DNA from: Podarcis tiliguerta
Taxonomy: Eukaryota
Assembly: GCA_965153285.1 (NCBI GenBank)
Contig: OZ229112.1
Length of the DNA: 64,000 bases
Strand: one strand, 5' to 3'
Every line of letters begins with the position of its first letter. The stretch's first letter is position 1. The notes under the pieces were generated by a model. The model did no database searches and was not told the origin of the DNA. It saw only the letters and a list, made by a program, of their open reading frames with translations. A program made the position numbers and the translations under genes. Positions 50,159-62,990 of this stretch are shown here, in pieces.

Positions 50159-51284
50159 CTAGTGAAAAATCTAGACAAACGTGAGACCTTAACGTCATGT
50201 GACTGTCTGATAAGCTGCTGGCACAAATTAATGAATGGGGTGCACTTGGGGGGGGGGGAGCATACTGAAGCTCCACTGAATTCAAAGAAATGTAAACATG
50301 CCGAACTTCCTTTGAACTTCTCCCAATTATGTAAAATTTGTGCAGCGTTGATTTTTCTCCTGCATCAGTGATCTATTCATTGATTTTCCCAGAGAACACT
50401 TCACTTCTCTACTCTTTTAAAGATGATTACCACAAGCTTATTTATTCATGCTGATTATTCACAGATCTGCTTTTCCACTCAGGTCGTGTTCCTCTGTAAT
50501 TAAACTAAAAATCAAAATCTAGTTTGAAAATGTGTACGTACCTCCACACATTTAAAATAGGGTCATGTAAGATAGCTGCTGATCAAGAAACAGCAACTCA
50601 GAGATGGAAATAGATTTCCACATAGATCCTGTAGGATGGGGCCACATCCTGCAGCACTATGAATACCCAGGTCCAAATTTTTACTAGTCAATGGCTGTTA
50701 GTCATGGCAGCTATTTTTTAGCTCTGGTATCAGAGGCATTTGAAGACACAAGTAGTAGAAGAATGTTCATGAACTACTTGTGGGCTTCCTAAAGGCATCT
50801 GGTTGGTCACTGTAGGAACAGGAAGCTGGACCAAGCAGGCTTTTGCTCTGATCCTGTGGGACTCTTCCAAAGCAGATCAATGTCATTAACCGTTTCTGAG
50901 TGAATCTTGGGATCACAGAATCATGCTGCTGTTGATGACAGTCAGTTGTTCAGTTGCTGGGAGGTAGAGAGGGTTGCAAGTCTTATAGGAGATTATAATC
51001 CTATGGTAAGCAACATGGATGTGGAAATCTTATGACAGGGAAGGGTATCTGAGAGAGTCTTCAGATTTTGGATTCCAACTCCCATCAGCCCCAGCAAGCA
51101 GCACCAATGGTCTGGGATAATGAGAACTGCAGACCTGCAACATTTGGATGCTGATAGGTTCTGTACCCTTGTGCTGTGGCATTTCGATGGCTACTACTGT
51201 ATTTCATTAGTAAACAGATGCTTACAAAGATATGCAAGATACATATGTATAAAAATATAGTTAGCTATTCAGAAGCTGGTTTAC

Positions 51285-51388
51285 CTTTTCTAGATCAGGT
51301 TCCCGCAAAGCTAGTGCAAGCTCATTATTATCCATTACAGATGCTGCTGCAACATCCAAAGGAGTCGATCCACGCATAGAAGGGGATG
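51285..51388 (-). CDS. RYR2: RYR2 exon ~44 (104 nt)
   Basis: [35 protein letters not shown]; AG/GT. Confidence 0.95.
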
Positions 51389-51427
51389 CTGTTTAGAGAA
51401 CATTTCAGAAATGTTTAATGTATATAA

Positions 51428-51615
51428 TAGGTGTGCCATACGTCCGGAACTTCCCAGACATGTCTGGAATACTGCATTCGTCAGCAGTGTCCAGATGGAA
51501 ATTGCCCAAATGTCTGGGAAAATCTGGACAGCACTTTTCTTTTCGCTCAACAACTTTGGGCAAACTCAACAACTTTTCTGCCCGGATTTCCACTGTTTGA
51601 AATATGGCAACCCTA
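51428..51615. mobile_element. hAT-type MITE, same family as 18482-18690
   Basis: TAGGTGTGCCATA...ATATGGCAACCCTA; 8-bp TSD GTATATAA/GTATGTAA; shared internal gctcaacaactttgggcaaa. Confidence 0.78.
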
Positions 51616-52016
51616 GTATGTAAAATGTAAAGAAGTAGCATGGCTTACAAATAAATATCACAACTAAGCAAAATTACTACCCAAAGGACACAGGTTCCAT
51701 GTTATAGGTAAGGTTCTTAATTTTTAAAATGAACCTATGTACTTTTTGTTCAGTCAATGTCATTACAATTTTTAATATAATTTAGTAACAGTATCATAAA
51801 AAACACTTTGCTTCACACGTCCAGTATAGAAAAATCTGTTCTGGGCAGGCTGTTCTGTACAACTACTGTGGTAGTGAATGCAAAGCGACTCACTAACATG
51901 CTGGGGCTTTGAACAAAGGTGCAATCCACAACCTGTGGACTCCAAAGACTTCTTAGAGAACAATAGAATATATGGGTTGTGAATTGAAGGGACAGAAGAC
52001 TCTTTAGAATACTTAC

Positions 52017-52149
52017 CAAGCCCCACACTGCTGTTTTCCAAAAGATAGCTAAGATGATCAAACATAGCCTTTTGATTCTGCCTGCTGATGCGGCAAAAAT
52101 AACATAGAAAACGACAGCAATTTGCCACCATCTTAGGAAAGGTGATTTC
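52017..52149 (-). CDS. RYR2: RYR2 exon ~43 (133 nt)
   Basis: [44 protein letters not shown]; AG/GT. Confidence 0.95.
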
Positions 52150-52484
52150 CTAGACAAACAATACTATGTTAGAAAAATCGAACAGTTTGTAAAAAACAAA
52201 AACAAAAAAACCTCTGCATTTTAATATTTTTAATGTGTTTTGTGAATTTTTGCAGCTGCCAAAAATTCCTTATTTTACAAAACATGGTCCTGCAAGTTAT
52301 TTCTTCTGCGTATCTTCCAAACAGGCATTTGGAACACTACACATTTCTGATCTATTCGCAAGTGGAGGCCGTCTGCAGAAATCAAAATGCAACAAAAATA
52401 ATTTAGCTTAATTTAGCTTTAATTTAAATCCATGAGTTCATCTTAAGTTCCCTTCAAATTAATATTTTGAGGATCACTTTATAC

Positions 52485-52736
52485 CAGGGGTAGGCAACCT
52501 AAGGCCCGTGGGCCGGATGCGGCCCAGTTGCCTTCTCAATTCAGCCTGTGGACGGTCCAGGAATCAGCATGTTTTTACATGAATAGAATGTGTGCTTTTA
52601 TTTAAAATGCATCTCTGGGTTATTTGTGGAGCATAGGAATTCGTTCATTCCCCCCCCCCACAAATATAGTCCAGCCCACCACATGGTCTGAGGGACGGTG
52701 AACCGGCCCACAGCTGAAAAAGGTTGCTGACCCCTG
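52485..52736. mobile_element. hAT-Charlie-like MITE
   Basis: TIR CAGGGGTAGGCAACCT...AGGTTGCTGACCCCTG; GGCCCG subterminal motifs; degenerate 8-bp TSD CTTTATAC/CTAGATAC. Confidence 0.8.
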
Positions 52737-53294
52737 CTAGATACTAACACACTTAAAGCTCTTTCTATCTTCTTTGTCTTTGAATTTCATATGCAGTCAG
52801 GATTAAACCAATACCTAGGAACTTTTCTGTATCAGTAAGAAAATATAGCACCACACTCATTTTTACATTTAATTAAAATTTAATTAGACACAGAACCACA
52901 ACGAATAGTTTTTATATCTTTATAGCAAAAAGGGGCATGGTGTTTTTTTCCAAGTAAATTCTTAAGGGCGGTATCCAATGCACATGGGGGAAGAGAAAGA
53001 GGCCGATACAGAGGAGGATGCTTTCAGCCTTCCTCTCCATTCACCAATTTCTGCTTCCAAAACATACCAAGCTAAGGAGAATCATGTGCTCACTACCTGG
53101 TAGAGCAAAGAAATGAAGGTATAAATTGAGATACGTATCTTGAATATGGATGCTGCCTATTTACAATGGATTTCCTTCCAGTCTGGAAGGGGGTCACATT
53201 CCATTAAAAGAATGTAGCCCAGATACTGCATCCGCACTTGGATGCATGTTGAATTTAGGATTGGGGCTCCAATTCTAGGAACTGATATGCATCT

Positions 53295-53408
53295 CGAAGC
53301 TACCAGCATGAGTTTGACCAAACTGCAGGAGGCAGTGGAAGACAGGAGTGCCTGGCGTGCTCTGGTCCATGGGGTCATGAAGAGTCGGTTATGACTAAAC
53401 AACAATAA
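53295..53408 (+). mobile_element. BovB extreme 3' fragment
   Basis: Similar to the reverse complement of 11385-11500; CAA tail; TSD ATGCATCT (53287-53294 / 53409-53416). Confidence 0.85.
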
Positions 53409-53496
53409 ATGCATCTAGGAGCCTGATTCATCATATGTATCTCCTTCATTGGAACTGGATTTTGGCCCTTAATGAAAGTTAAGCTGCTAACTATAA

Positions 53497-53687
53497 GCTG
53501 TGTACCCACTCTACCTTTAAAGCACCTTCAAAGCACATTTTGTTCCCCTCCACGAATTCTGGGCACTGTGGTTTGCTAAGAGTTTCTGGGAATTGTAGCT
53601 CTGTGAGAGGTAAACTACAGTGCTCAGAAATCTGTGAGGGAAAGAATGTGGTTCAAATGTGCTTTAAAGGCATAGTGTGTACACAGT
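53497..53687. mobile_element. Palindromic MITE
   Basis: ctgtgtacccactctacctttaaagcac...gtgctttaaaggcatagtgtgtacacag inverted termini. Confidence 0.6.
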
Positions 53688-53708
53688 CTATATCTGGCAT
53701 TACAGTCA

Positions 53709-53867
<159 letters not shown>

Positions 53868-54186
53868 TCAAAAATTTACCAACCACTTTGAAATAATAAA
53901 TAAGAATACAATAATAATTGTTTTAACTATTGTCCTTTAGTACCGTGTCATATAAGAGAAAGAATTTTAGGAGGGCATACTCTGCAAAAATTATGCAGGC
54001 TGCCACTCTGCATTCAGTGATAGATAGAAGCTGCATGAAATCACTATGGTGGTGGCTTGTCTTTTCGCATTCAAAATGTATGAATATCTTCAAAATAAAC
54101 AGAAGCTCATGAGAGTCATTTCCCCCTATAACTGATTAGACCTAGGATTAATCAAACAAATTAAGAGAAAAGAAAAAGGGTTTTAC

Positions 54187-54460
54187 CCTAATCCACGAAT
54201 CATAAGCTTCTCTTCTTCCTTGCCCATTCTGACACTGAGGAGAGACCGGATCTGACCAAGAGAAGCAAGTAAGCTGATTGTATCTTCCACAGATACGCCA
54301 TTTATAGTGTATGTCTTTGGCAAGGCTCGAACCAGACCACCAACTCCATCATATTGGCGATGTAGCAAAACGAACATGGCCCTCACCAACTCTGGGTCTT
54401 CTATGACTGATTCTTGAGCCCATCGTACCATGGTCTCTGAGATCAGCTGTTGGAGAGTTG
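54187..54460 (-). CDS. RYR2: RYR2 exon ~41 (274 nt)
   Basis: [24 protein letters not shown]...[10 protein letters not shown]; AG/GT. Confidence 0.95.
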
Positions 54461-55523
54461 CTAAATGTAGAAAGCATTAAGACAAATATATAGCAATGCT
54501 TTTTCACCTTCAGCTCCAGCGAGTTAAGTGTATAATATGCTATACGTATTAGAACTAGAAATTTAGAAAAATGCCTTTATTGAATATTCTTACTAAATCA
54601 ATAATACATAGTTCAGCTTATTAAAAGGTAATGGAAAGACAAAAGTGACATTGGATTTTAAAGTATTACTATCATATTCATCTACTAAAACTTTCATAAA
54701 TCATTTGCCAAAAAAAAATCTTTTTTTAATTTATGGAAACGTATCATTGAAGTTTTTTTTAAAAAAACCACATTCAACAGCAAGAAGGTAATTCCCCATT
54801 TATAATCGAAAGCTGTGAATAATTTCTGGTTTGAATAAAATTATTTGTTGAAAGCGAAACAATCAATGGGTAGAGCAATCCTATACTTCGGTTACAATGC
54901 ATAAACATCACCATTACACTGGCAAAATTGCAACTATATCTGATGTATTATTCTCAGTCCGGGGGGAAACATATGCAGCTTGAAAAAATGCTAATGCTGT
55001 GAGCATGTCAGATACATTACTAGCATTCTTTGGAATGCTGCCAGACCCTATGTCAATATCACACAGAGGGACACAATATCACACAGCCTGGGCAGAACAA
55101 ACCAGCGTCATTTCTTTCACATTGCCAACATACAAGAAACACAGAGAACCAGGCAGCATCACAGGGAAGGGGAATTCATGGCACTATTTTGTAAAGCAGG
55201 CACAGACACATACAAACGCTTTCAGGAATACACTTCTTTTTCTGCCCAGCCCTATGCCACAATGGAAGAAAGACGCATAAACAGGCACAAATATGCAAAC
55301 AGGCTCAGGAAGCTTCTAGCTCACATTCACATGGGGAAATTCCCTCCCCCCTTTCCCAGTAGCCATCATTCATTGAAAAAAGGACGGTAGTTTTTGTGTT
55401 CACGGAAACTTGTACAGAAAAAGAGGTTATGGTTGGATTCAGACAAACATATCAGACTCTGCTTGATGCAATTAAATCATCATGGGGTTTTTTTTTATGA
55501 TATCCACATGCTACTCTACTTAC

Positions 55524-55667
55524 ATGGCTTTTTAGCATCATCATCAATGGGCTTCTCAGCTTGTTTCTTTTTCAAGTGTGTGACTCTTTCCACAAGATAT
55601 AGCAGGCGACCTTTAAGAGTTAAATCACTATTTCCATCCAGAATTCCATCTTCATCTAACTGAATTC
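55524..55667 (-). CDS. RYR2: RYR2 exon ~40 (144 nt)
   Basis: GIQLDEDGILDGNSDLTLKGRLLYLVERVTHLKKKQAEKPIDDDAKKP; AG/GT. Confidence 0.94.
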
Positions 55668-56314
55668 CTAGGTGTAAAAATTCAAATGTTTATTAGATAT
55701 CTAGAAGTCAAAAAGATACTCTCTTTGTGGGGGGCCTAAAGAAGGCTGCCCGCCCTCCACGCCCCCCCCCCCACTTTTACTCTGGGTGGGTGGTCCATCT
55801 TGAAAGCTAAAAGGAAACCATGATTTTTATCTACAGTGCATCAGAACCAAACTTCCAGCATATTATCTCAGCGGCAGAACGTAAGCTCAGGTCGCCCAGA
55901 GTGTGTGCACAGAGCGCATTCCCAAGTGGGTCAGGGCACAGAGAGAGCTCGCTGTGGTGTGCCTCACAAACCACACCTGGAGTGCATATGCCGCAGCCTC
56001 TGTCCACCCCCAGGTCAAGCTTCACCCAAGGATAGAGCTGCCATGGCTGGCTGCCTTGCATGCTGCACATGCACATCACAGCCCAACAATTGCCACCAAC
56101 TCCTCTCTCTCCACTCCCAGCTCAGGCATGACCTGGGAATGGAGTTGTGGCTGGTGGCATTGGGCGCAAGGAAGCTATCTGTCTTTGCAGCTCCCTCGTG
56201 AACCCGAGCCAGGCTCCAATAAGAGAGCCTGTGTGTGGGCTCCTGGTTGCACCCCCTTAAAAGACACGCCTGGGCCATGGCCCCCACAGCTCCCCCTCTC
56301 ACTACGCCAGTGTA

Positions 56315-56555
56315 CAGTGGTACCTCAGTTTACAAACTTAATCCGTTCCAGAAGTCCGTTCTTAAACCGAAACCATTCTTAAACTGAGGTGCACTTTCCC
56401 TAATGAGGCTTCCCGCCGCCAGTGCCCTTTCACCTTTCAGATTCCGTTTTTAGACTGAGGTAAAGTTCGCAAACTGGGACACTACTGCCGGCTTTGCAGA
56501 GTTCATAAACCGAATTGTTCGTAAACAGGGCTGTTCTTAAACCGAGGTACCACTG
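56315..56555. mobile_element. Tc1/mariner (Tigger-like) MITE
   Basis: TIR CAGTGGTACCTCAGTTT...AAACCGAGGTACCACTG; TA target duplications; same termini as 27355-27596. Confidence 0.88.
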
Positions 56556-57254
56556 TATGTAGAAAAAATAAAAATAGCCACTGCCACCGTGGCTGCTGAG
56601 AAGACCAAGGAAAGGGGAAGGGTACTCAGGCAACAGCGGTGTCCCCGCAAACATCACCAGTGACATAGGCCACATGATTTGCCCCAACATGCCACATGGT
56701 GCCAGGTCTGCTCAGTTCTGCAAAAAACTTTACTATTAATGACCTACAAATCAAGCCACAATTTTGCTTCAAACAGTAATGCAACCATTACAAGGCAAAA
56801 ACCTGAGCACTCTGATTTTTACTATCCTGTCATGATTGTCAGTTACTCATTTGCAGTGTTGCATAGCTTCTACATTGGTTCTTTTACATGCCTGAAAACA
56901 TGTACTTTAGTAGCCCAAGTTCAATGAATCAAGACTACAGCTTGCCACTATCATGGAAGCTGTATTTTCCACACAACCTATGCAATTTTTTACACTTCAA
57001 ATGGCAGCCAATATGATATCTGTGGGCCCAAACCTTATAATGATCTACCTGTCCATGTGTCAACACAACACTATTAAAATGAGGTTGCTTGCTTAGGAGG
57101 AAACTGGGAAACAGGAAGACTGATGCAGACCCAAAGGCTTTGTAATTTCTCTAATATATCTTTGAGTTTTCTAATAAAATTGATGAAATTATTTTATTTG
57201 TTTAAGCAAATAAAACAAGAATAAGTATAAGAACAAGAAAAAGTTAAGATTTAC

Positions 57255-57360
57255 CACAGTGTGCCATCAAATCTTCATGAAAATCCAAGAGGTGATCCCT
57301 TATTTCTTCAGGACAAGGGCAATCATTTTTATCATCCTTAAAATTCAGCAGCATATTAAT
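57255..57360 (-). CDS. RYR2: RYR2 exon ~39 (106 nt)
   Basis: [35 protein letters not shown]; AAG acceptor, GT donor. Confidence 0.94.
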
Positions 57361-57582
57361 CTTTTAAAAAACATACAAATTAATAATTACATTTCAGATA
57401 TGTTTACAAGGTTATGTATAAGATAGGAGGAAACATTTTACTATAAAACTGATACATTCCAATAGCAGATTAATATTCCCTATCTTCTTTGATAAGAAGT
57501 CCCTGCTCTAAGCTAATCTTTGGGGTGGAGGGAAGAGGGGAGGAATCCCTGTTTCACAAGCAGACGTCCTTTAGACTCTTTA

Positions 57583-57949
57583 AAGGTAAAGGTAAAGAAA
57601 CCCCTGACAAATAAGTCCAGTTGTGAACGACTCTGGGGCTGCAGCACTTACGTTGCTTTACAGGTCGAGGGAGCTGGCGTTTGTCCGCTTCCACAGACAG
57701 TTTTTCCAGATCATGTGGCCAGCATGACTAAGCCACTTCTGGTGAAACCAGAGCAGCGCACGGAAACGCCATTTACCTTCCCACCTGAGCGGTACTCATT
57801 TATCTACTTGAACTGCATGCTTTTGAACTGCTAGGTTGGCAGGAGCTAGGACTGAACAATGGGAGCTCACCCCACTGTGGGGATTCAAACCGCCAACCTT
57901 TCAATCGGCAAGCCCAAGCGGCACAGTGGTTTAACCCACAGCACCACCC
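57583..57949 (-). mobile_element. Sauria SINE (different subfamily)
   Basis: (ACCTTT)n tail; shared catgtggccagcatgactaagcc core; perfect 12-bp TSD TTAGACTCTTTA (57571-57582 / 57950-57961). Confidence 0.9.
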
Positions 57950-58216
57950 TTAGACTCTTTAGCCATGACAATTAAATGGAACCTTGATGTATGGAGACAA
58001 TATATTTCAATATCTGGTGCTAGCTGAAGGTCATCACCTGCTTTAGAGCACCTAGCATCTGGCCATTTGCTGGAAATACCAAAACAATTCTTCTGTTATT
58101 ATAGCTACCAAAAATCTGATGATGTATTGTTCAGGAAAAGCAGTATGCAATGCAAATTGATTCTAACCTTGAACAAAACTTGAATATAAGAAGCTGCCTC
58201 CTATTTTATGTTATAC

Positions 58217-58417
58217 CTGTTCCTGTGGTGGAGACCGAAACTCCTTTGTTTTCTTGGCTGTCAGTGCTGCAGACATATTTAATGCCTGCATAACCTCATT
58301 GTATCGGAAACGCTGATTCTCTTGAAGTTTTAATACAAAATCATCTGAAAATGCTACAATGGCTTCTATCCGATGGCGTATCTGACAGTCACAAAGGTAC
58401 TGAAGTAAATGACACAT
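58217..58417 (-). CDS. RYR2: RYR2 exon ~38 (201 nt)
   Basis: MCHLLQYLCDCQIRHRIEAIVAF...FRSPPQEQ; AG/GT. Confidence 0.95.
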
Positions 58418-59087
58418 CTGAAAAAGAATGAACAAGGGGGAAAAGTTACAAAACACAAACTATTAAAATTCAACCAAGTTTTTTTTTAAGAGTTAGATGT
58501 ATGCAAATGACGGGCAACCTCATGGCAAACAACACTCTTTTCTTTCAGTAGTGGTAATACGTAAGTTTATCCACATCACTCTTATTTTTCTAATTCTCTT
58601 TTTGAGTTGTGATATTTGTGGGTTAGCCCCACACTTTCTAACACAACCCAAACACCTTTTTGTTTTTGGGATTTTTCTAAGTCTTTGATTTCAAGTTTTC
58701 ATTATCTCTCGTTCTGAATACTAAAAAAAGTCTACCCTCTTGCCTTCACATATCTTAGCACAAACCTTTAATTTCTGCTTTGAATCATTCTGTTCATATA
58801 AATTTGTTTGCTTGTTTGTGTGTGTGAAGTACTTTCCTCCATGGATTGCCTTCAATCCAGAAGGTAAGAGACTCAGGCCTAGGGGACAAAAGTAGTCCTC
58901 CGGGCTTCTCTACTTAGCCCTCTGGACTATCCTCAGGCCTCACCTCTTACCAGTGCCTTTGCCTCAATGGTAGATGTCCTTGAAGTGATAATGCCCCTTG
59001 CTTGCCTGGATGGAGGATGGAGAAATGTGGATGGGTGAAAAAAATAGCCATAGCAGATGTCATTACGATGGATTATTTCATGATTAC

Positions 59088-59877
59088 CTGCAATTTCACT
59101 GGCTCAGGAAGTTTCATTTGAAGGAGTCCTTCTTCTGGGACCTTCTCTCCTCCTGTCTCCAAATTTAGTCCATCTGCAATTAATTCTTTTTTTGCTATTA
59201 CTCGAGTCTCATCTTCATGGACTGAGTCTTCCTTAAAAACACTAGGTTCAATCAGCTGCAAGATATGCTTCAGGTCTCCATTATGGAAGATCCCCATTAT
59301 GAGAAGAGTGTAAAAAAGCTTGATCAAAGGAACAAAGAGAAACTCTGTAGTCCCACCTACTGGATCTCTGACATGGAGGCTGCCCTCTTGAACTGCCTCC
59401 GTCAGCATCTCTATGGTTTTAGTCTTCAATATTTCCAGAGGAAATTCAGGACTGTACTGATAACACTCATTGTTGATTCTTACAAAACTGGGAGAGGAAA
59501 ACTGCATTCTGGGCCGTAGGGAAGTGCTGAGTCCTATGCCAGGTAGGCCATGCTTTTTGTTTTCATCAGGGAACAAAGTAATGCTCTTAGTCTCATCTGT
59601 CATGGGAACAATAAATTCATTGTTCATCATCAGCCTTGCAGTAGCGTAAGTATTAAGGTGAATGTCAATTAGAAGATCATAATAGCCGGCACGTAGCAAG
59701 CCCGGCATATACTTGTTCTCAATTGCATAAAGAAGCTGAGACTCATCCACATGGCTGCACATGGCATGCGCTACTCGATTATTCCCAAGAGCACAAACAG
59801 CTGAGTACAGTCTGAGAGTATGGTAGTGGAATTTCAACAATTCTTCTTGTTCTGACAATTCTAAAATGTCTATAGAC
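59088..59877 (-). CDS. RYR2: RYR2 exon ~37 (790 nt; includes divergent region DR3)
   Basis: SIDILELSEQEELLKFHYHTLRLY...EGLLQMKLPEPVKLQ; AG/GT. Confidence 0.96.
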
Positions 59878-60018
59878 CTGTGGAAAAGAAAGTTTAATAA
59901 TAACTTCACTATCTAGGAAAAGTGAAATGTTATTTTTTATAAAAATCACTGAGAACGGGTCAACCCGCATGAGTATGAAAATGGTTGCTTAAGTGAAATT
60001 AAAATATACTACTGTTAG

Positions 60019-60091
60019 AAATGCTTATATATTTTTGTTGCAGCTCCTACTTGTATTAAGTAGGAGCTGCAACAAAAATATGTAAGTATTT
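60019..60091. repeat. Near-perfect inverted repeat / hairpin
   Basis: 24-bp perfect stem 60029-60052 with 60058-60081; 5-nt loop; extends to ~34 bp. Confidence 0.92.
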
Positions 60092-61288
60092 TTTACCCTG
60101 ATCTTCAGCCAAAAAACAGTTTTCAGAGTGGTGCACAAAGAACAGTAATAAGGTGGTCCCCATCATGCTGCTCAACATATCAATATGACCAATGAAACAA
60201 TGGGGATCAACTTCATTCCCTCCATCAATTATGGTGTTTTGAAGTTGCTTCTCCCTTTGGCTGGCTCCCTTAGATAACTCTCCGCATGGCTCAGAATGCT
60301 GATGGACAGATTCAAGTTCTGCCAGTTGATGGTGACAGCAGCTGAAGCTAAACAAAGGCTTCTGAAGGACTGCAGAAGTGTTTGTCCTAAGGAAGTGACA
60401 GAACATGGTGCTGCTCCTAATGAGTTGAGGGGGTGAGAACTGCTGGCTGTTTTGGATCCACCCACCAAGCGTCTAGCAATGACTAGAAATCACAGCGAGG
60501 AAGAAGAACACCATATTAAAAATTTAAGAAACCCAATGTAGTCTGCAGGCAAATCACCACAATTTAAATGATACTAGGATGTTATGCCCCTGTTCCTCAG
60601 GAAGACCATCACAGCAAGGGAAAAGCTAACCTGCTCCTATCCCATCCTATCCCATCAAGCAGAGGAGGAGCAATTGCAAGGAGCTTTCCCCCACTCTCCC
60701 TGCCACACTGCTCCAAATTCCAGTTGCTCTGAGACTTCAGAACTAATGAGAAGAGTATTCTAGTCCCATTCATTAGCCTGAGGATCATGGCCCATATGGC
60801 TGTCTGTGTGTATTTATGAGGTGCAGTGGGGAGTGTATTACTGTATTCAGAATATTTTGATTGAAAGGGGAAAACCTCAAAGGGTTGCGTCTAATTATGT
60901 CTGTCCATTGATGGAAGACACTTTGATCCACTGGAGGCTTTCAACAGCAGAACAGGGAGGAAGGCAATTTTCACTGATCCCCCCTCCCATAACCTCCTGC
61001 ACTCCAAATCCCACCATATCTGGTCAAGAGGGTTGGGGGATGCTTTGGGACAGCATGAGGATGTGGGTGATACAGTGATGGTGTAAATCAGCAAATATCA
61101 CCTCCCTCCCTGATCTATTGATGTAAGTCTTCGCTAGATCAAAGATCCTTGGTCAGTGGAGAGGCACCACTGGATACATCCCAAAATTAATAAAAGACAG
61201 AAACATAAAACTCCGGAAATTTGATTTGTAATAGCATGAATGTCACCATAACATTCCACCTTGATTTATAAATGCAAACAAGGAATAC

Positions 61289-61515
61289 CTGTTTTCCTCT
61301 GGGATGTGAAGTGACATGAACTGCAAAGGCTCCAGGCACTGTACTGACCAGCCTTGACGTTCACTGATCCGTGATATGTCAACTTTCAGAAAGTGGTTTG
61401 GTACTCTACTCCAAAGCACATGTGTCAGAAACTGAACATGCAGACGGGGAGGGCACTGGGGGACTGGGTTTTTGTGCTCACTTTTGAACAGGCCAGCTGA
61501 CAATGGCATTACATT
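61289..61515 (-). CDS. RYR2: RYR2 exon ~36 (227 nt)
   Basis: [30 protein letters not shown]...HIPEEN; AG/GT. Confidence 0.95.
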
Positions 61516-62000
61516 CTGGAAAGAGCAAGGCAGAGTTGCAAAAATTAAGACTCCAGCAGATGGCAAAGTACAAAGCAAACATTATGCATGACGAGTCTAC
61601 AGCCCGCCCCCCTTCTGACTGTGGGCAAAAGGCTTGTGGTTCGTTTGGTTTCCTGGGAGGAAATATACAGCTTTCATGTGAAGACTGACAACATTTATGG
61701 GTCCCATGTTTTTGTTTTTATCTTATTATGGAAAGACTATTGAATACACTGTTTCTTAGTAGCACCCTCCAGAAAAGTCAAGGTTTGGGCATAAAGCTAC
61801 CTAATGATTGAAAGGGAACTGGAAAAATAATCCCCCTCCTCCACGTAGTAATTTTAGGCTTCTGTGAGTAAGTAGGAAGAGAGACCTCTCAACACTATGT
61901 GATACTGTTTCGAAGGTTTATGAACTCAAAGAAAAACCCCAATAGTACAAACATTCTAAATTCAACAACACAGCGCAGGAACAAATGGTTTTAAAATTAC

Positions 62001-62087
62001 CTTTATTCTTCCCAATTCAAATTGGAAAACATTGGGGCTTGTGGCTTGTGCAAATACTGCAGGAAATAATTTAGTGCTTGGTTCAAC
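62001..62087 (-). CDS. RYR2: RYR2 exon ~35 (87 nt)
   Basis: [29 protein letters not shown]; AG/GT. Confidence 0.95.
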
Positions 62088-62243
62088 CTAAATCATGAAC
62101 AAACAGAAATGCATTATAATTCAAGATGATAATTTCTGGGAATGGAAATTTATTTTCCATGAATACTCCAAATTATTATTATTATTATTATAGATCAGTC
62201 TAGTTGTCTGTTCTTGAACAAATGGCAACCTAAGAAGAATTAC

Positions 62244-62403
62244 CTGATAATAGGTGCTTAGCTCTTTGCCATTAGCTGTGAAGGACAGGACACCAGTTGC
62301 AGCATCAACCGAACAGCCAATCTCGAGCCCATTGTTATTGCGTCCTTGCCCGGGACTCATGCTCTCACCAGCGCATACCATATAGCAGTTGCTGCGTTTG
62401 ATG
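62244..62403 (-). CDS. RYR2: RYR2 exon ~34 (160 nt)
   Basis: [29 protein letters not shown]...LSTYYQ; AG/GT. Confidence 0.95.
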
Positions 62404-62611
62404 CTGTATTTCAAAAGATGAGCAGCATATGAGATACTGTGGAAGCTGAATGTTGCAAACCAAGATCTCAAACACCATTGGGCTCCAGTGTACACATGGG
62501 CACCTGCATGCATAGGGGCTACATTATTCTAACTATGCACTTATGTCCTACTAGAATCATTAGGAATTCACACACCCTTCACTTTCAAGGGCTTGTATCC
62601 AATGTCCTAGT

Positions 62612-62990
62612 TCAGATCATAATTCCAGGCTTCATAAACCATGATTAATGAAGCTGGGAAGCAGTGCTGAGACCAAGGACTCCTCTCTCTCCCTGTGTGC
62701 CACTTGTGTGCTTCATTTCTTGCTGGTATTAAACCAAACTTCCCTGTTATGTTGAAAGTGGGGAACTCTAGCTTAATGTCAGCCAATAAGATAGCCTAAT
62801 AAACCCAGATATTATCTAGGGTTGTTAATTAATATTAAGCTAGAGCTCCCTGTTCAGACATAATGAGGAACTCATTGGCTTAGCCTAAGTCAGAAATGAA
62901 GGGCTGAAGCAGCACAGAAGGGGAAGGTGAGGGGATGAATGACTGGTCCCAATGTCTGTTCCCAGCTTTTATGAAGCCTGAAATGATCAT
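62612..62990. mobile_element. Old palindromic MITE-like element
   Basis: Nested inverted matches: ccaggcttcataaa/tttatgaagcctg, aagctgggaa/ttcccagctt, ctctagcttaat/attaagctagag. Confidence 0.55.

Noticed and set aside
55820-56382. Cluster of overlapping ORFs (up to 159 aa) in GC-rich intron 39
   Set aside because: No recognisable protein; explained by local GC content and read-through into a MITE.
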